Source: Frankiales bacterium
GTDB taxonomy: Bacteria > Actinomycetota > Actinomycetes > JAFAQI01
DNA length: 64,000 bases
Reading direction: 5' to 3'
Assembly: GCA_025980465.1 (NCBI GenBank)
Contig: JAICXJ010000007.1
Coordinates: forward strand, 12,641-76,640
The notes beneath the pieces are model-generated. The model did not search any database and was not told where the DNA came from. It saw only the letters and a program-made list of their open reading frames with translations. Position 1 is the stretch's first letter. Every line of letters starts with the position of its first letter. Positions 28,531 through 38,499 of this stretch are shown here, piece after piece. The translations under genes and the position numbers were made by a program.

Positions 28531-29257
28531 TGAGATCAGCACCGGCATCTACCGGCTGTCGACCTGCATCCCGGAGATCGCACCGGGCGGCTTCACCTTC
28601 AACCAGTTCCTGGTCGATGCAGACGAGCCGCTGCTCTACCACACCGGCATGCGGGCGCTGTTCCCGTTGGTGCGCGGCGCGATCGAGAAGGTGATGCCGG
28701 TCGAGCGGCTGCGTTGGATCGCGTTCTCACACATCGAGGCAGACGAATGTGGCGCGGCCAATGAGTTCCTCGAGGTCGCGCCGCAGGCTCAGGTCATGCA
28801 CGGTGCTCTGGGCTGCATGCTGTCGCTCAACGACCAGCTCTCACGCGAGCCACGCCCACTCGCCGACGGTGAGGTCATCGACCTCGGTGGCCGACGCGTG
28901 GTTGAGGTCGCCACGCCGCATGTCCCGCACAACTGGGAGTCACACATGCTCTTCGAGCAGGAGACCGGGACCTTGTTCTGCGGCGATCTGCTCAGCCAGA
29001 CCGGAGACGGTCCTGCCGTCACGAGCGATTCGATCCGGGACGCCGCAATCGCCACCGAGCAGCTGTTCATGCAGACCTCGATGGGTCCGGCTGTACCGGC
29101 GACCTACCGACGGATCGCGGACCTGGAGCCACACCGCCTCGCGATCATGCATGGCTCGTCGTACGACGGTGACTGTGCCCCACTTCTTCGGGAGATGGCC
29201 GACGTCTACGAGCAGCAGTTCGGCTGCAGCGGCGCGCTGGCGGGAGCCACCGTCTGA
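28514..29257 (+). CDS. MBL-fold metallo-hydrolase family protein
   Basis: 247 aa (in-frame part of ORF 27926..29257 beginning MQTNVDEISTG). Contains HIEADECG (HxHxDH-like) and later His/Asp ligands. Overlaps the TetR stop by 17 nt. Confidence 0.65.
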   Translation: MQTNVDEISTGIYRLSTCIPEIAPGGFTFNQFLVDADEPLLYHTGMRALFPLVRGAIEKVMPVERLRWIAFSHIEADECGAANEFLEVAPQAQVMHGALGCMLSLNDQLSREPRPLADGEVIDLGGRRVVEVATPHVPHNWESHMLFEQETGTLFCGDLLSQTGDGPAVTSDSIRDAAIATEQLFMQTSMGPAVPATYRRIADLEPHRLAIMHGSSYDGDCAPLLREMADVYEQQFGCSGALAGATV

Positions 29258-30042
29258 TGGCCGAGGTGGGTTCGCTGACCCGGTCGAAGGAGAAGCGACA
29301 ACCAGCGCTCGATCACTCGACCGCGATGCGGTTAGCCGCGACCGAGCACGACCGATTCCGGTCGCATCTGGCGCGACTACCCGCCGAGGCGTGGAGTCGT
29401 CCGACCGCGTGCCCGGAATGGGACGTGCAGGCGTTGGCCTGCCATGTGCTCGGGATGACGAAGATGCCGTCGACGATTCGGGAGAACCTGCGTCAGATGC
29501 GGGCTGCGACTGCTGCCTCGAAGCGCGAAGGCGTGCTCTTCATCGATGCATTGACCGCATTGCAGGTACGCGAACACTCCCACCTCTCCCCCGCCGAGAT
29601 CGTCGAACAGTTCAAGACGGCGGGACCGGAAGGGGTCAAGGGACGCGCCCGCACCCCCGGAGTCGTGCGACGGTTCGTCTCGGTCGGTGAACAGCCGATC
29701 GACGAGGCCGGCTCGATCACCGAGAGCTGGTCGATGGGATATCTCGTCGACGTGATCCTCACCCGCGACACCTGGATGCACCGCAGCGACATCGCCGACG
29801 CGACCGGGACCGGGATGGAACTGACGCCCGACCACGACGGCGTACTCGTCGCGGACGTCGCAGCCGAATGGTCGGCCCGGCACCGACAGCCTTGCACGCT
29901 CACTCTGACCGGCCCGGCGGGCGGCAGCTGGCACTGGGGCGACGGCGGGCCGGCGATCGAGCTCGATGCAGTCGAGTTCTGCCGGCGGGTTTCCGGTCGC
30001 GGCAGCAGCGAGGGACTGCTCACCACGCGGGTTCCGTTCTAG
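29257..30042 (+). CDS. mycothiol-dependent maleylpyruvate isomerase N-terminal domain / TIGR03083 (DinB_2-like) family protein
   Basis: 261 aa. LARLPAEAWSRPTACPEWDVQALACHVLGM signature. Start overlaps the MBL stop (TGATG). Confidence 0.65.
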   Translation: MAEVGSLTRSKEKRQPALDHSTAMRLAATEHDRFRSHLARLPAEAWSRPTACPEWDVQALACHVLGMTKMPSTIRENLRQMRAATAASKREGVLFIDALTALQVREHSHLSPAEIVEQFKTAGPEGVKGRARTPGVVRRFVSVGEQPIDEAGSITESWSMGYLVDVILTRDTWMHRSDIADATGTGMELTPDHDGVLVADVAAEWSARHRQPCTLTLTGPAGGSWHWGDGGPAIELDAVEFCRRVSGRGSSEGLLTTRVPF

Positions 30043-30088
30043 TGTCACGACACTCGCCGGGAGCGGCGAGAACGTAGGGTCCGTGCTC

Positions 30089-30895
30089 ATGAACACCCAC
30101 GAGCTCGCCGGCAAGGTCGCGGTTGTCACGGGCGGCGCCGGCGGTATCGGCAGGGCGACCGCGTCACTGCTCACCTCCGAAGGCGCGAAGGTGGTGATCG
30201 CCGATATCGACGCCGAGGCGGGCGGCGAGCTGGCCGGCGAGCTGGGCGCGTCGGCTGCGTTCCAGCGGGCCGACGTGAGTGACGCGGAGCAGGTCCAGGC
30301 ACTCATCGACTTCGCTGTCGACCGATTCGGTGGGCTGGACATCATGTTCAACAACGCCGGGATCGGGAGCGACCTCAAGGGCCTGCTCTCCGACGACCTC
30401 GCCGACTTCAACCGAATCATGGGCGTGAACCTGTTCGGCGTCATCGTGGGAACCCAACGCGCCGCGCGCTATATGAAGGACAACGGCGGTGGCGTCGTGA
30501 TCAACAACGCATCCATTGCGGCGATCAACGCCGGCGTCGGGATGATTTCCTACCGCTCTGCGAAAGCCGCTATTGCCCACGCGACGAAGTGCATGGCTAT
30601 CGAGCTCGCGCCGTACCGGATCCGGGTCAACTGCATCACCCCCGCTCACATCAGGACCGGGATCACCAACTACGACATGGGGCCGGTGCTGAAGTACATG
30701 CAGCCGCTCGAGCGCGAGGCGCAGCCGGAGGACGTCGCGAACGCAGTGGTGTTCCTTGCCAGCGATCGTGCCGCGCAGGTCACCGGCGTTGTCTTCCCGA
30801 TCGACGGCGGTACGACGGCAGGTCCGCCGTATGCGCAGACCACGCTCATCATGTCGACGGCGAAGCCGGCTGACGGATCGACGAGCGCTAGCTGA
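30089..30895 (+). CDS. SDR family oxidoreductase
   Basis: 268 aa from Met at 30089. GKVAVVTGGAGGIGRA, NNAG, YRSAKAA (YxxxK). Confidence 0.85.
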   Translation: MNTHELAGKVAVVTGGAGGIGRATASLLTSEGAKVVIADIDAEAGGELAGELGASAAFQRADVSDAEQVQALIDFAVDRFGGLDIMFNNAGIGSDLKGLLSDDLADFNRIMGVNLFGVIVGTQRAARYMKDNGGGVVINNASIAAINAGVGMISYRSAKAAIAHATKCMAIELAPYRIRVNCITPAHIRTGITNYDMGPVLKYMQPLEREAQPEDVANAVVFLASDRAAQVTGVVFPIDGGTTAGPPYAQTTLIMSTAKPADGSTSAS

Positions 30896-32168
30896 CCTGA
30901 AGGTGCAATTTCTGCAGTCCGCGCAGGAAGAAGGTCGGGAGATAGTCGTATCGCCGCTCCCCCGCCGGCCCGTGATCCGGCTCTGAGATCGACACGTCGG
31001 CGGTTCGATCCAGGATCCGGTTGAGTGTCACCCGGCCCTCGGCGCGGGCCAGCGGCGCGCCGACACAGGTGTGGATGCCATGGCCGAAGGCGATGTGCTG
31101 GCGGGCGTTCGACCGCTCGAGGTCGAACTCGTCCGGGTCCTCGAACGTGCGCGGATCCCGGTTGCAGGCCCCCGGAGCCAGCATGATCGTGCCGCCAGCC
31201 GGAATGTCGACGCCGCCGAGAGTGGCCCGGACCCGCGCCATCCGAAACTGGGTGCGCAGCGGCGACTCGAGCCGCAGCGTCTCCTCGATGAAGTTCGGGA
31301 TCAGCTCCCGGTCGTCCCGGACCAGCTTCTGCAGGTCGGGCCGCTCGGCAAGCATCCGCAGCGCGAAGGAGAGCAGCCGGACCGTCGTCTCCTGGCCGCC
31401 GACGAACAGGTTCGCCGCGATGAGCGCGGCGTCCCTCACCCCCGGCGTGGACCCATCGGGGAAGGTCGCGGTCGCAAGGCCGGTGAGGATGTCGTTGCCC
31501 GGCCGTCGGCGTCGGTCCTCGATGTACGCCGCAAACCGCTCGTAGAGGAACTCCAACGGCTTGTGCGTCTTCTGGGCGGAGCTCGCGGCGACCGTCGACA
31601 ACTCGTCCCGAAACAGCGAGTGGTCGCCCTCCGGCACCCCCTCGAGGTCGGCGATGACCGTCAAGGTGAACGGCTCGGCGTACTGACCGACGAACTCGAA
31701 CGATCCGCCGCCGGCCAGGCTGGCGTCGACCAACCGGTCGGCGTATCGCCACATGAAGTCTTCGTTCTCCTTGAGCCGGCGTGGTGTCAGCAGCCGCATC
31801 AACAGGTGGCGGTGCGCGGTGTGGTTCGGCGGGTCGAACGATGGCAACTGGTCGCTGAACGGAAGCTCGTTGCGGCACTTCACGATGATGTCGGTGATGT
31901 CGTCGCCCTTGACCGGCATCGAGAACTTCACGAACGGGCCACTCACCGCGTTGCAGGAGGAGTAGGTGCCAGATGCGGCGTCGTGTTCGGGGAACGTCGC
32001 CGGGTCGCGGTAGACGTCCTTGGCCTCGGCATGGCCGGTCACCAGGTATACGCCGTACCGCGGCTCCTGCCACACCGGTCCCTGCCGCCGCACCCAATCG
32101 AAGTACGGATACGGGTCGTCCTGAACGGCGCGGTCGGTGAAGAAGTTGACCTGTTCGAAATCAGCCAT
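30888..32168 (-). CDS. cytochrome P450 (paralog of the P450 at 60060..61346)
   Basis: 426 aa from MADFEQVNFF. FGHGIHTCVGAPLARAEG heme-Cys loop and ETLRL-type K-helix. The ORF-track start at 32204 adds an Arg-rich leader. Confidence 0.85.
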   Translation of the reverse strand: MADFEQVNFFTDRAVQDDPYPYFDWVRRQGPVWQEPRYGVYLVTGHAEAKDVYRDPATFPEHDAASGTYSSCNAVSGPFVKFSMPVKGDDITDIIVKCRNELPFSDQLPSFDPPNHTAHRHLLMRLLTPRRLKENEDFMWRYADRLVDASLAGGGSFEFVGQYAEPFTLTVIADLEGVPEGDHSLFRDELSTVAASSAQKTHKPLEFLYERFAAYIEDRRRRPGNDILTGLATATFPDGSTPGVRDAALIAANLFVGGQETTVRLLSFALRMLAERPDLQKLVRDDRELIPNFIEETLRLESPLRTQFRMARVRATLGGVDIPAGGTIMLAPGACNRDPRTFEDPDEFDLERSNARQHIAFGHGIHTCVGAPLARAEGRVTLNRILDRTADVSISEPDHGPAGERRYDYLPTFFLRGLQKLHLQVS

Positions 32169-33852
32169 GCGGGTCCTGGTTCGCCGCCGCCTCCTGGGTG
32201 GCACAACGGGCCGCGACGTATCCGAACACCATGCTGTTGGCGATGCTCGCGCCTGGCCCGAGGTAGTGGCGTCCCATCACCGTCGCGGTGCTGTTCCCGG
32301 TGGCGTACAGCCCGGGGATCGGCCGGTCGCTTTGATCGAGCACCCGGGCGTGCTCGTCGGTGAGCAAGCCGCCGCAGGTGCCGACATCGCCAGGAAGTAC
32401 CTCGACCGCATAGAACGGTGCCTCATCGATCGGCTCGACGCACGGGTTCGCGACCTTGCGACTCGGGTCGCCGAGTGCCTTGTTGTACGCCGACTCACCG
32501 CGACCGAACTCCGGATCGAGACCCTTCGCTGCCGGGCCGTTGAAGGTGGCAACGGTGTCGGCGAGTCCGGCCGGGTCGATGCCACAGAGCTCGGCGAGCG
32601 CCGGGATCGACGCTGCCTGCTTCAGCCGGCCGCTGTCGCGGAACTCTTTGGGAAACCAGCCCGGATGCGACCGCACGTGCGCATACCGCTTGCGGTAGCG
32701 ATCATCGAAGATCAACCAGCACGGCACCGCCCGGCTGGTCTTGTCTCGGGCGTACATCGCCTTGCCGACCTCCATGTAGGAGTTCGACTCGTTGACGAAG
32801 CGACGACCGGCGGCGTCGACGTACATCGTGCGCGGGCGCTGCCGGGCCTGGTCGAGGGTCGAGGCACCGAACCGCCCGGTGCGCGGCGAGGGCAACCACC
32901 AGGCTTCGTCCATGAGGTCGGTCTTGGCGCCGAGCCGCATCGCCGCCTGGATCGCTTCCCCGGTATCCCCCGGATTCGACATCGTCCACTTGGCCTGATT
33001 CGGCTGGTCACCGCCGTACTCGGTTCGCATCTCGGCGCTATGGGCGAAACCACCGGCCGAGATCAACACACCGCTTCGCGCGGCGACCTGCACGGTTTTC
33101 CCGTCGTGGCTGACCCGTACCCCGACGACGTTGCCGTCGCTGACGACGAGGTCCTCAAAGGGCGAGTCGGTCCATACCGCAACCCCGCGGTCCAGCGCCA
33201 GCTTCAGCAGCTGGCCGATCAACGCCGCCCCGTTGGTCAGCAGCTCCCGGCGAGTCGCTTTGGCGCCCGCGGTGCGCAGTGCGACCCGCGTGGCCACCGC
33301 AAACGCGCGAAGGCTCCGGTTGTAGTTCGACAGCGACCGCGCTTCGTTGGTCATGACCGCCATGCCGAGGGTCTTGGCGAGTCCGGCTTGCAGCTTGCTC
33401 CCCCACTCCCCGAGCACGTTTGCGTTCCACGGCGCCGGCTCGACAGCACGCCCCTCGTCGACGCCGCCCTTCGCGTTCGAGTAGTAGTCGCTGTACCCAC
33501 GGCAGTACGCGAACCGAATGCCCAGCTTTTGGAGGAACGCCAGCATGTCGACGCCCGCGGTGAGGAACATCTGCCGGCGTTGGTAGGACGACGCTGGACC
33601 GACGTCGCCCACCACAGCTTCGAAGTGGGCCATCGCGTCCTCGTAGGAGTCCGGCACTCCGGCCCCCCGCATCACCGGGTTGTTGGGGACCCAGACCACG
33701 CCGCCTGACATCGCAGTCGACCCACCGATCAGCGCCTGCTTCTCGACGACCAGGACCCCGGCCCCGGTTTCGGCAGCGGTCAGCGCCGCGACCAGGCCGC
33801 CGCCGCCCGATCCGATGACGACGACGTCGAAGGTGGAGTCCCATGAGGTCAT
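32161..33852 (-). CDS. KstD-like FAD-dependent 3-oxosteroid 1-dehydrogenase family flavoprotein
   Basis: 563 aa from MTSWDSTFDVVVIGSGGGGLVAA. Blocks GYSDYY, GRGESAY, APFYAV and GLYATGN align with KstD-type enzymes. Its stop overlaps the downstream P450 start by 8 nt. Confidence 0.75.
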   Translation of the reverse strand: MTSWDSTFDVVVIGSGGGGLVAALTAAETGAGVLVVEKQALIGGSTAMSGGVVWVPNNPVMRGAGVPDSYEDAMAHFEAVVGDVGPASSYQRRQMFLTAGVDMLAFLQKLGIRFAYCRGYSDYYSNAKGGVDEGRAVEPAPWNANVLGEWGSKLQAGLAKTLGMAVMTNEARSLSNYNRSLRAFAVATRVALRTAGAKATRRELLTNGAALIGQLLKLALDRGVAVWTDSPFEDLVVSDGNVVGVRVSHDGKTVQVAARSGVLISAGGFAHSAEMRTEYGGDQPNQAKWTMSNPGDTGEAIQAAMRLGAKTDLMDEAWWLPSPRTGRFGASTLDQARQRPRTMYVDAAGRRFVNESNSYMEVGKAMYARDKTSRAVPCWLIFDDRYRKRYAHVRSHPGWFPKEFRDSGRLKQAASIPALAELCGIDPAGLADTVATFNGPAAKGLDPEFGRGESAYNKALGDPSRKVANPCVEPIDEAPFYAVEVLPGDVGTCGGLLTDEHARVLDQSDRPIPGLYATGNSTATVMGRHYLGPGASIANSMVFGYVAARCATQEAAANQDPHG

Positions 33853-33979
33853 GACTCCCGCCCTTCCCTGTGGTGTTCTGGTGCCCACCGCATCGCTTCG
33901 GTGTCGAAGCAAGTTACCAAAGTTCATTGACCATTGCTACGACGCCGAAGTAATCTCCGGGCGATGCCAAGAGGGAGGC

Positions 33980-35152
33980 TCGGGGATGTCTGCTGCGAGC
34001 ACGCTGAGCTATCCCGCTGAGGGTCTCGGCGCCCCGAAGAACCGGGTGCCAGGGCCGGTCGAGGAGGTCGGGCTTCCCGCCGGGACCGAGGTGTTCTCGG
34101 CTGACAACCACATCTCGCTGGCCGAGGACATCTTCTACGAGAAGTTCCCCGCGAGCATGAGGGACGCCGCGCCGCGGGTGATGAACGTCGACGGCGGCTG
34201 GACGCTTGCCCTGGGTGGCCAGTCGGTGCTGCCCCAGGCGTTCCTCGACGTCCTCACGCAGTACGACCCGGTCCCGGGCTCCCACACCGGCGATGTCGAC
34301 GCCCGGCTCGCAGCGCTGGACTCCGAAGGCGTCACCACCGAGTTGGCGTTCCCGAACTCGATCCTGGCGCTGTTCGGCTGGCCGGACAAGGAAGTCCGCG
34401 AGCTGTGCTTCCGGATCTACAACGAGCACATCGCCGACGTACAGGAGCGCTCCGGCAACCGGATCTACGGCGTCGGTCTGATCAACTGGTGGGACGCCGA
34501 CGGTGCGAAGCGAACCCTCGACGAGCTGAAGTCGCTCGGTCTGAAGACCTTCCTGATGCCGCTGTCGCCGGGCAAGGATGAGAACAAGAACCCGATCGAC
34601 TTCTCCAGCACTGCGATGGACGGCGTGTGGGCGGCGATCGAGGAATCGCAGGTCCCGGTATCGCATCACATCGGCGAGAGCCCGCCGGCGAGCCCCAGCC
34701 AGTTCAACGCACTCGAGATCGGCATGCTGCAGGCGGTGGCGCCGTTCCGGGACGTATTCGGCAAGTACATCCTCGGTGGCATCCTCGACCGGCACCCGGG
34801 ACTTCGGATCGGCTGGTTCGAAGGCGGCATCAACTGGGTCCCGTCCGCGATCCAGGACGCCCACCACATCGCAGCGTCGTTCCAGCACATGTCCGACTTC
34901 AAGGTCGAGCACGAGCCGCAGTGGTACTGGGACAACCACATGATGGCGTCGTTCGTCGTGGATCCACTCGGCCTCGAGCTCATCCACCACATCGGCGTCG
35001 ACAAGGTGATGTGGTCGACCGACTTCCCACACAACGAGAGCACGTACGGCTACAGCAACCGCTCGCTCGCAAGTGTGGTGGAAACGGTCGGCGGCGAGAA
35101 GGCGAAAGCGATCGCCAGCGACAACGCCAAGCGTTTCCTCGGGGTGGGCTGA
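33980..35152 (+). CDS. amidohydrolase-2 family (ACMSD/LigJ-like TIM-barrel metal-dependent hydrolase/decarboxylase)
   Basis: 390 aa from MSAASTL. Motifs SADNHISL (HxH-like), HHIGE and MWSTDFPH. The ORF-track start at 33680 overlaps the divergent KstD gene. Confidence 0.75.
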   Translation, partial: SGMSAASTLSYPAEGLGAPKNRVPGPVEEVGLPAGTEVFSADNHISLAEDIFYEKFPASMRDAAPRVMNVDGGWTLALGGQSVLPQAFLDVLTQYDPVPGSHTGDVDARLAALDSEGVTTELAFPNSILALFGWPDKEVRELCFRIYNEHIADVQERSGNRIYGVGLINWWDADGAKRTLDELKSLGLKTFLMPLSPGKDENKNPIDFSSTAMDGVWAAIEESQVPVSHHIGESPPASPSQFNALEIGMLQAVAPFRDVFGKYILGGILDRHPGLRIGWFEGGINWVPSAIQDAHHIAASFQHMSDFKVEHEPQWYWDNHMMASFVVDPLGLELIHHIGVDKVMWSTDFPHNESTYGYSNRSLASVVETVGGEKAKAIASDNAKRFLGVG

Positions 35153-35170
35153 ACTTGACCGCTGGACTCA

Positions 35171-36384
35171 TGGCGATCGGCCCGGGCGCGCTGATCCCGG
35201 AGGAGCCGGACTTCGACCGGATGCGGACCGACCGGACCCAGCGACTCCGCGAGGCGATGCGCGACCAGGCAATCGAGGCACTGGTCCTGCTCGGCAACAC
35301 GAACGTCGTCTACGCCACCGGCGCGATCTGGCCGCTGTCGGACGGCGGCCGGACCAACTTCGAGCAGCCAGTCGCCGTCGTCGTGGCCGACGACGAATCG
35401 CCTCACCTGTTCTCGCCGCTGCGTGCCGACGACCGGTTGCGTCACGCGCTGGCTCCCGACCACCTCCACGGCCCGGCGCATCTCGACTTCGACGAGGGCG
35501 TCGAGGCCTTTGGCTCCCAGCTCGCCGATCTGGTGCCGGATGGCGCCGTCATCGCGATCGACGAATGGACCCACGCACTCCGTCGCGCCGGCACCTTCAC
35601 CACCGACCGCGGCGCTCCGCTCGACGGCGGTCGGCTGATCAGCAAGGCCAAGCTGATCAAGACCCCGGACGAGCTCGCCGCGATGCGCGCCGGGCTGACG
35701 ATCACCGAGGCCGGCATCACCGAGGTCCAGGCGCGCCTTGCCCCGGGCGTCCGGCAGACCGACCTCACCGCCGCGTTCCTGCGGACCATCTTCGACCACG
35801 GCGCCGACGCCAACGTTCTCGATCCGATCTGGCAGATCATGCCGACCCGAATCGCCGACGGGCCGTGGACCACGACCGGTGGACTCGCCTGTCCGCTGTT
35901 GTCGACCGAGCGCGAACTGGTCAAGGGCGACGTGCTGTGGGTCGACACCGGCGTCAGCTACCAGGGCTTCCACTCCGACTTCGGTCGGACCTGGGTCGTT
36001 GGGCAGGAGCCGAGTGCGAGGCAGCGCGAACAGTTCGAGAAGTGGCGGGCGATCATCAACGCCGTACTGGCCGTCACCCGGGCCGGCGCGACGAACTCCG
36101 AACTCACCGCAGCCGCCACCGAGGTCGCCGGCGGCGAGAAGCCGTGGATGTCGCATTTCTACCTCGGGCACGGGCTCGGCATCGACAGCGCCGAGATGCC
36201 GTTCGTCGGCAGCGACATCGGTGAAGCGTTCGACGCCGGCTACCGGCTCGAGGCCGGGATGGTCCTGGTCCTGGAGCCGATCGTCTGGGAGGACGGCTAC
36301 GGCGGCTACCGATCCGAGGAGGTCCTGCTGATCACCGCCGACGGGTGGGAGCCGATGACCGACTATCCCTACGACCCGTTCTAG
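35171..36384 (+). CDS. M24 family metallopeptidase-fold protein (creatinase/prolidase-like; creatinase_N plus catalytic domain, ligands intact)
   Basis: VDTG, HSDFGRT, GHGLG, LVLEP and SEEVLLIT give all five canonical metal ligands. Starts 16-19 nt after the amidohydrolase stop (TTG 35156 or ATG 35171). Confidence 0.75.
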
Positions 36385-37529
36385 TGGCAGCCGTGACCGA
36401 AACCGACATCCACCCTGACGATGCGGCGCTGCGCAAGGTACGACGCGAGCGGGTTCTGGCGGAGATGGCGGACGAGGGCATCGACATCCTCATCACCGGC
36501 CGGGAGTCCAACGCCCGCTACGTCGCGGGCGTACCGCGGCTCTGGCTCGCCGGCTCGCGGCCGTTCGGTCCCGGCTGCATCCTGGTGCGCGAGACCGGCG
36601 CCATTCACCTGGTCAGCACCTGGGACGAGGGCGTCCCGGATGACATCCCGCACGAGAACCTGCATGGCATCACGTTCAACGGCGCGAACACGCTCGCCTG
36701 GCTGCAGCGGATCGACGGCGCAGCCACCGCGAGGACGGTCGCGACCGATGGCCTGATGCCATCGTCGGCACAGCTGATCGAAACGGCGTTTCCGTCCGCG
36801 GAACTCGTCGACGGCGAGCAGATGATGCGCCGGGTCCGCCGGATCAAGCTTCCCGAAGAGGTCACCGCGATCCGGACCTCGGTGCGCCTTAGCGAACACT
36901 CCCTCGCAGCTGCTGAAGCGGCCTTCAGCATCGGGATCACCGAGCGCCAGCTCACCGCGCGGTTCATGGAGGCGATGGCGGAAGCCGGCATCACCACCCC
37001 GACGACGCAGGACGTGGCGTGGGTCACCTCACGCCAACACAGCTGGGGCCGCGACGCTCGGAACAACACCGTGGCACCCGGCGACCTGGTCGCCTTCGAC
37101 GCCGGCCTGCTCTGCGACGGATATTACGGCGAGATCGGCCGCACCATGTCCCTCGGCGCCGCGGGTGCCGGCGCCGGGCTGAAGCAACGGTGGGACGAGC
37201 TGTGGGACCGGCTGCTGGCCGCCTGCCGGCCCGGCGCCGCCGCCACCGACCTGCTCGACGCGTACGACGCCGTCGGGGTCGCGCCGGCGCCGATGCCGGT
37301 CGCTCGCGGCCTCGGGCTCGGAAACGACCTGCCGCTGGTCACTCATGCGCTGCCCCGTACCTCGGCGGCCCAGACGATCGAGCCCGGCGTCGTGCTCGCG
37401 CTGACCGGCTATCTCTGGCAGGACGGGGTCGGTGCCGTCTACGGCCAGGAGCCGGTTCTCGTCACCGAGTCCGGACCGACGCTGCTGTCGACCAATCCGT
37501 TCCGCGACTCGAGGAGCTCGATCAAGTGA
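36384..37529 (+). CDS. M24-fold paralog with apparently degenerate metal site (possible non-catalytic partner subunit)
   Basis: GTG start overlapping the upstream TAG (TAGTG). By alignment with the neighbour, FDAG retains the first Asp and the second Asp is replaced by Glu (GYYGEIGRT). The His is replaced by Arg (ARGLGLG) and a Glu by Thr (LALTGY). The last Glu is kept (GQEPVLVT). Confidence 0.7.
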   Translation: MAAVTETDIHPDDAALRKVRRERVLAEMADEGIDILITGRESNARYVAGVPRLWLAGSRPFGPGCILVRETGAIHLVSTWDEGVPDDIPHENLHGITFNGANTLAWLQRIDGAATARTVATDGLMPSSAQLIETAFPSAELVDGEQMMRRVRRIKLPEEVTAIRTSVRLSEHSLAAAEAAFSIGITERQLTARFMEAMAEAGITTPTTQDVAWVTSRQHSWGRDARNNTVAPGDLVAFDAGLLCDGYYGEIGRTMSLGAAGAGAGLKQRWDELWDRLLAACRPGAAATDLLDAYDAVGVAPAPMPVARGLGLGNDLPLVTHALPRTSAAQTIEPGVVLALTGYLWQDGVGAVYGQEPVLVTESGPTLLSTNPFRDSRSSIK

Positions 37530-38497
37530 CAGAACCTGAGCTCCCGAGTCCCGAGGAGATCATCCGCTACGAGAAGGACCCGGTCTCCCGCATCGCGACG
37601 ATCACCTTCGACCGGCCCGATCATCTCAACGCGCCGACGATCGGCGCGCGCAAGCGTTACGGCGACCTGATCTTCAAGGCGAGCCTCGACGACGACGTCA
37701 AGGTGCTGGTGGTCCGCGGCGAGGGCGAACACCTCGGCACTGGCGCCGACCTCGATGAACTGATGGCCAAGCGCAACGGCGGCGTCGCGATGCAGGAGGA
37801 ATTCGGCATTGAAGACGACGAGGACATCACGATGCCGGGTCGCCACAACTACCGCAACGGCGCGTCGCTGGTTCATTGGTACGCCGACGCCCGCTCCGGC
37901 AACCGGTCGCTTGCCGAGTTCAAGAAGATCAGCATTCTCGAAGTCAAGGGCTACTGCTACGGCTGGCACTTCTATCAAGCTGCCGACGCGGACCTGGTGA
38001 TCTCCGCCGACGACGCACTGTTCGGGCATCCGGCATTCCGCTACGTCGGCTACGCGCCGCGGATGTGGCAGTGGGCGACGATGATGGGACTGCGCAAGTT
38101 CCAGGAGATGGTCTTCACCGGTCGGCCATTCACCGCCGCTGAGATGTATGACTGCAACTTCATCAACAGCGTCGTGCCACGCTCTGCACTCGAAGCGGAG
38201 GTTACGAAGTACGCCAACGCCTGCGCCACCACGCGGCCGACAGACACGATCTTCATGCAGAAGACGTTCTTCAACATCATGCGGCAACAGCAGGGCGAGT
38301 ACATGGGCAGCATGCTCAGTGCCTGGCTGGAGTCGATGACCGGCGCCCTCAAGGACGACGTCGACAACCGCGTGGCGTCGCTGGGCAGCGAGGTGCGCGA
38401 TGGCGGGGTCAACAAGCTGGTGAAGGACAATGACAAGCGGTTCCCGCCGGAGTGGCGGCTCTCGCAATCCGGCCGCCAGCAGCCCGCGAAGGACTGA
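37526..38497 (+). CDS. enoyl-CoA hydratase/isomerase (crotonase) family protein
   Basis: 323 aa from GTG overlapping the upstream TGA (GTGA). Crotonase fold: LNAPT, LVVRGEGEHLGTGADL oxyanion region, ISADDALFGHP. Confidence 0.8.
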   Translation: MTEPELPSPEEIIRYEKDPVSRIATITFDRPDHLNAPTIGARKRYGDLIFKASLDDDVKVLVVRGEGEHLGTGADLDELMAKRNGGVAMQEEFGIEDDEDITMPGRHNYRNGASLVHWYADARSGNRSLAEFKKISILEVKGYCYGWHFYQAADADLVISADDALFGHPAFRYVGYAPRMWQWATMMGLRKFQEMVFTGRPFTAAEMYDCNFINSVVPRSALEAEVTKYANACATTRPTDTIFMQKTFFNIMRQQQGEYMGSMLSAWLESMTGALKDDVDNRVASLGSEVRDGGVNKLVKDNDKRFPPEWRLSQSGRQQPAKD

Positions 38498-38499
38498 CG

